NCBI GenBank assembly: GCA_014905635.1
Contig: JABVCE010000008.1
Location: 62,001-126,000 of the forward strand
Length of the DNA stretch: 64,000 nucleotides
Origin: Scenedesmus sp. PABB004
Taxonomy: Eukaryota
Direction of reading: 5' to 3'
Part shown: in pieces, positions 61,367 to 64,000 of the stretch
Position numbering within the stretch: position 1 is the stretch's first letter
Layout: every line of letters starts with the position of its first letter
The notes under the pieces: generated by a model
The model's database searches: none
What the model saw: the letters and a program-made list of their open reading frames with translations, nothing else
Told to the model about the DNA's origin: nothing
Program-made: the position numbers and the translations under genes

Positions 61367-61965
61367 GCGAGACAGAGAGGCGCCGCAGGCGGAGGGCGGG
61401 CGCGGGGAGAGGCGGCCCGGGGGCAGCGGCCCCGCGGGCGGGCGGGAGCGGGGCGGCGGCGGCAGCCGCGAGCGAGGACGTCGCTTGTGCGGCGCGTGCG
61501 TGCGCAGCGCCTCGGCGCTGCTGCTGTGGGTGGTGGTGGAGCGGCTGGGTGGAGGGGGGATTGCCTCTGGCTGGGGGCGGCGCGTGCAACGCGCGCGTGG
61601 TGCGAGCGCCGACGGCAGCACCAGGCAGGCCGCGCACAGCGCACAGCGCTCGCCCGGCGCCAGCACCACCACGATCGGTGCCACGCCAGCGGCCCGGCGG
61701 CGCGGCAACACGCGCACGCCGGCGGTGGCCGCAGCAGCAGCGCGCCGCCGCGCGGGGCGGCAGGGGCGGCGGCGGGCCGGGGCGCGCGGCGGCCGCTGGC
61801 ACGGTGGGCCTGGGAGTGCAAGGGGAGCGCGCAGGGCGCTCTCCGTGCATCGCCCGGAGCAGCGAGGTTTAGCATCACCATGGCGGCCCACGCCCGTAGC
61901 CCGCCGCGCTCGCGCTGAGCGCCCTCTCTCAGCGCGTGCCGGGCCGTCAGCGGTCGAACGCCACC

Positions 61966-64000
61966 ATGGCGGTCGGCAAGAACAAGCGCATCAGCAAGGG
62001 CAAGAAGGGCGGCAAGAAGAAGATGTAAGCGCGCCGCGCGGCGCCGCGAGGGGGCGCGGCGGGGGCCGGGGCGTCGGCTGAGGCCCGCCGCCGCCGCGCA
62101 GCGTGGACCCCTTCACCAAGAAGGACTGGTATGATGTGAAGGCGCCCTCCATGTTTGCCGTGCGCAACGTGGGCAAGACGCTCGTCACGCGCACCCAGGG
62201 CACCAAGGTGCGCGCCCTCGACCGCGCGGGCGGCGGACCGGGGCCCGCGCGGCCGCGGGGCGGGCATCGCCGAGCCCGCCGGCGCCCCGGCGCCCGCAGA
62301 TTGCCTCTGACGGCCTCAAGGGCCGCGTGTTCGAGGTCTCCCTGGCGGACCTGCAGAAGGTGCGCCGCCCGTCGCCGCGCGGGCAGCGGGCGCGGCGGGA
62401 GGGGCAGCAGCAGCCGGCGCGCGCGGATGGTCGGCTGCTGCCGGCGCCGCCGCCGCGCACGCGCACGCGCACGCGCCCGGGCCGCCCCCCTGCCGGGCGT
62501 GGCGCACGGGAGCAAGACGGCGGGCGGGCACCGGCGCAGCGGCGCGCGGGCGGCGGGCCAGCACAGCTCGCGGCGGCGACGGCGGCAGCAGCGGCGGCGG
62601 CAGCAGCGGCGCGGGGCGGGCGCCGACGCGCCCCGCGCCGGCCGCCGCAGAACGAGGAGGACGCGTACCGCAAGATGCGCCTCCGCGTGGAGGACGTGCA
62701 GGGCCGCAACTGCCTCACCAACTTCTGGGTGCGCGCGCGCGCGCGCGGGCGCAGGCGTGGCAGGGGCGGGCGCAGGAGCCGCTGGAGGCGGCGCGCAGCA
62801 GCACCACGAGGCAGCGGCAGCGGAGCCGCAGCGGAGCCGCAGCGGAGCGGAGTGGCAGCGACGCTGTGGCGGCAGCTGCTGCAGCAGCGGCGGCGGCGGA
62901 CCGCGATTGGCGGGCGAGCAGCCGGAGCCGGCGGGCGAGCAGCTGGCGGAGCGCCGGCGGTGGCACCCGTCAGCCTCAGCGGCAGCGGCAGCTGGAGCTG
63001 CTGCGGCAGTCGCGCCGGCGGCCGCGACGGGGGCAGCCGCAGCACCGGCAGCGGCGGCGGCGCGCGGGGCACAGGGGTCCTGCCCCCCTCGCGCACGGCC
63101 CGCACAGCATCCCGCACCCCGCTCACGCTCTCCTCGCGCCGGGCGCTGCGGCAGGGCATGGACTACACGACCGACAAGCTGCGCTCCATGGTGCGCAAGT
63201 GGCAGACGCTGATCGAGGCGCACGTGGACGTCAAGACCACCGACGGCTTCACGCTGCGCATGTTTGCCATCGCCTTCACCAAGAAGCGCCAGGGCCAGAT
63301 CAAGCGCACCGCGTACGCGCAGAGCAGCCAGGTGCGAGACGCGCGCCGCGGCGGCGCGGCGGCGGCGGGGCGCGGGGCGGCGGCGGGGCGCGGGGCGGCG
63401 GCGGGGCGCGGGGCGGCGGCGGGGCGCGGGGCGGCGGGGCGCGGCCGCCGCTCGGCAGCGGCCGGCCCGCGCCAGCGCCAGCGCTGCTGGCCTGCCCCAG
63501 CGCCCGGCCTGCGCGCCACGCTCACCCGCCGCCCCCCCCCCCCCCCCCTCTCTCCTGCGCCCCTGCCCGCGGCCCTGGCGGCCAGATCCGCACCATCCGC
63601 AAGAAGATGGTTGAGATCATGGCGCGCGAGGCGGGCGCGTGCGACCTCAAGGACCTGGTCGCCAAGTTCATCCCCGAGGCCATCGGCAAGGACATCGAGA
63701 AGGCCTGCCAGGCGCGCACGCCGCGGCTGGCGGGCGCGGCGCCGCGGCGCGGCGGGCAGCTCGCGCGGCCGCAGGCGCCTGTCGCGGCGGCGGTGGCGGC
63801 GGCGCTGACGCCCCCGCTGCCGCGCGCGCCGCTGCCCCCGCCCGCGCCCCGCTCCTCCGCGCTGCTCCCCGCAGGGCATCTACCCCCTGCAGAACGTGGC
63901 CATCCGCAAGGTCAAGGTGCTCAAGGCGCCCAAGTTTGACCTGCCCAAGCTCATGGAGGTGCACGGCGACTACACGGAGGAGGTGCCCGCCAAGGTGGAG
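61966..64000 (+). CDS. RPS3A: 40S ribosomal protein S3a (eS1), 3' end beyond the window
   Basis: [92 protein letters not shown]. Confidence 0.97.
63353..63443. repeat. 15-bp G-rich tandem repeat (GGCGGCGGGGCGCGG) in an RPS3a intron
   Basis: About 5 tandem units with G4 runs. Confidence 0.75.

Noticed and set aside
1..64000. Hundreds of long overlapping Arg/Ala/Gly/Pro-rich ORFs (e.g. 29388-33023 minus, 12241-15141 minus, 33334-35538 plus)
   Set aside because: Expected from stop-codon scarcity at very high GC; they are antisense or off-frame shadows of the identified genes.

Overview
Gene-dense, extremely GC-rich (roughly 75-80% by eye) nuclear DNA of a chlorophycean green alga, with short spliceosomal introns; most ORF-track entries are GC-driven shadow ORFs. 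I read 22 genes. In order: a polyQ protein (partial), TBP, plastid Cpn23/Cpn20, a secreted subtilisin, an AN1/C2H2 zinc-finger protein, a secreted PAK-repeat/Cys-rich protein, TPLATE (TSET complex), a secreted PhlG/DAPG-hydrolase-like protein, PTH2-like, F-box-JmjC (JMJ22-like), an atypical type II peroxiredoxin, a MYND protein, the gamete fusogen HAP2/GCS1, DUS1, CTH1/CHL27, a Ycf45-like AAA ATPase, a TTC33-like TPR protein, TAF5, a Ser/Thr kinase, TIM50, sterol C24-methyltransferase and RPS3a (partial). The most striking structure is that twice an intron-containing gene (peroxiredoxin; Ycf45-like) sits between ~530-560 bp near-identical direct repeats copied from neighbouring host genes, resembling DNA-level gene insertion with very large target-site duplications. 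Also notable: at least 14 GC-AG introns with an AG|GCGCG consensus, a HAP2 gene suggesting sexual competence, a PhlG-like secreted enzyme, and four CCGG-adjacent homopolymer frameshifts that are probably assembly errors. Family assignments come from recalled motifs; no database searches were run.
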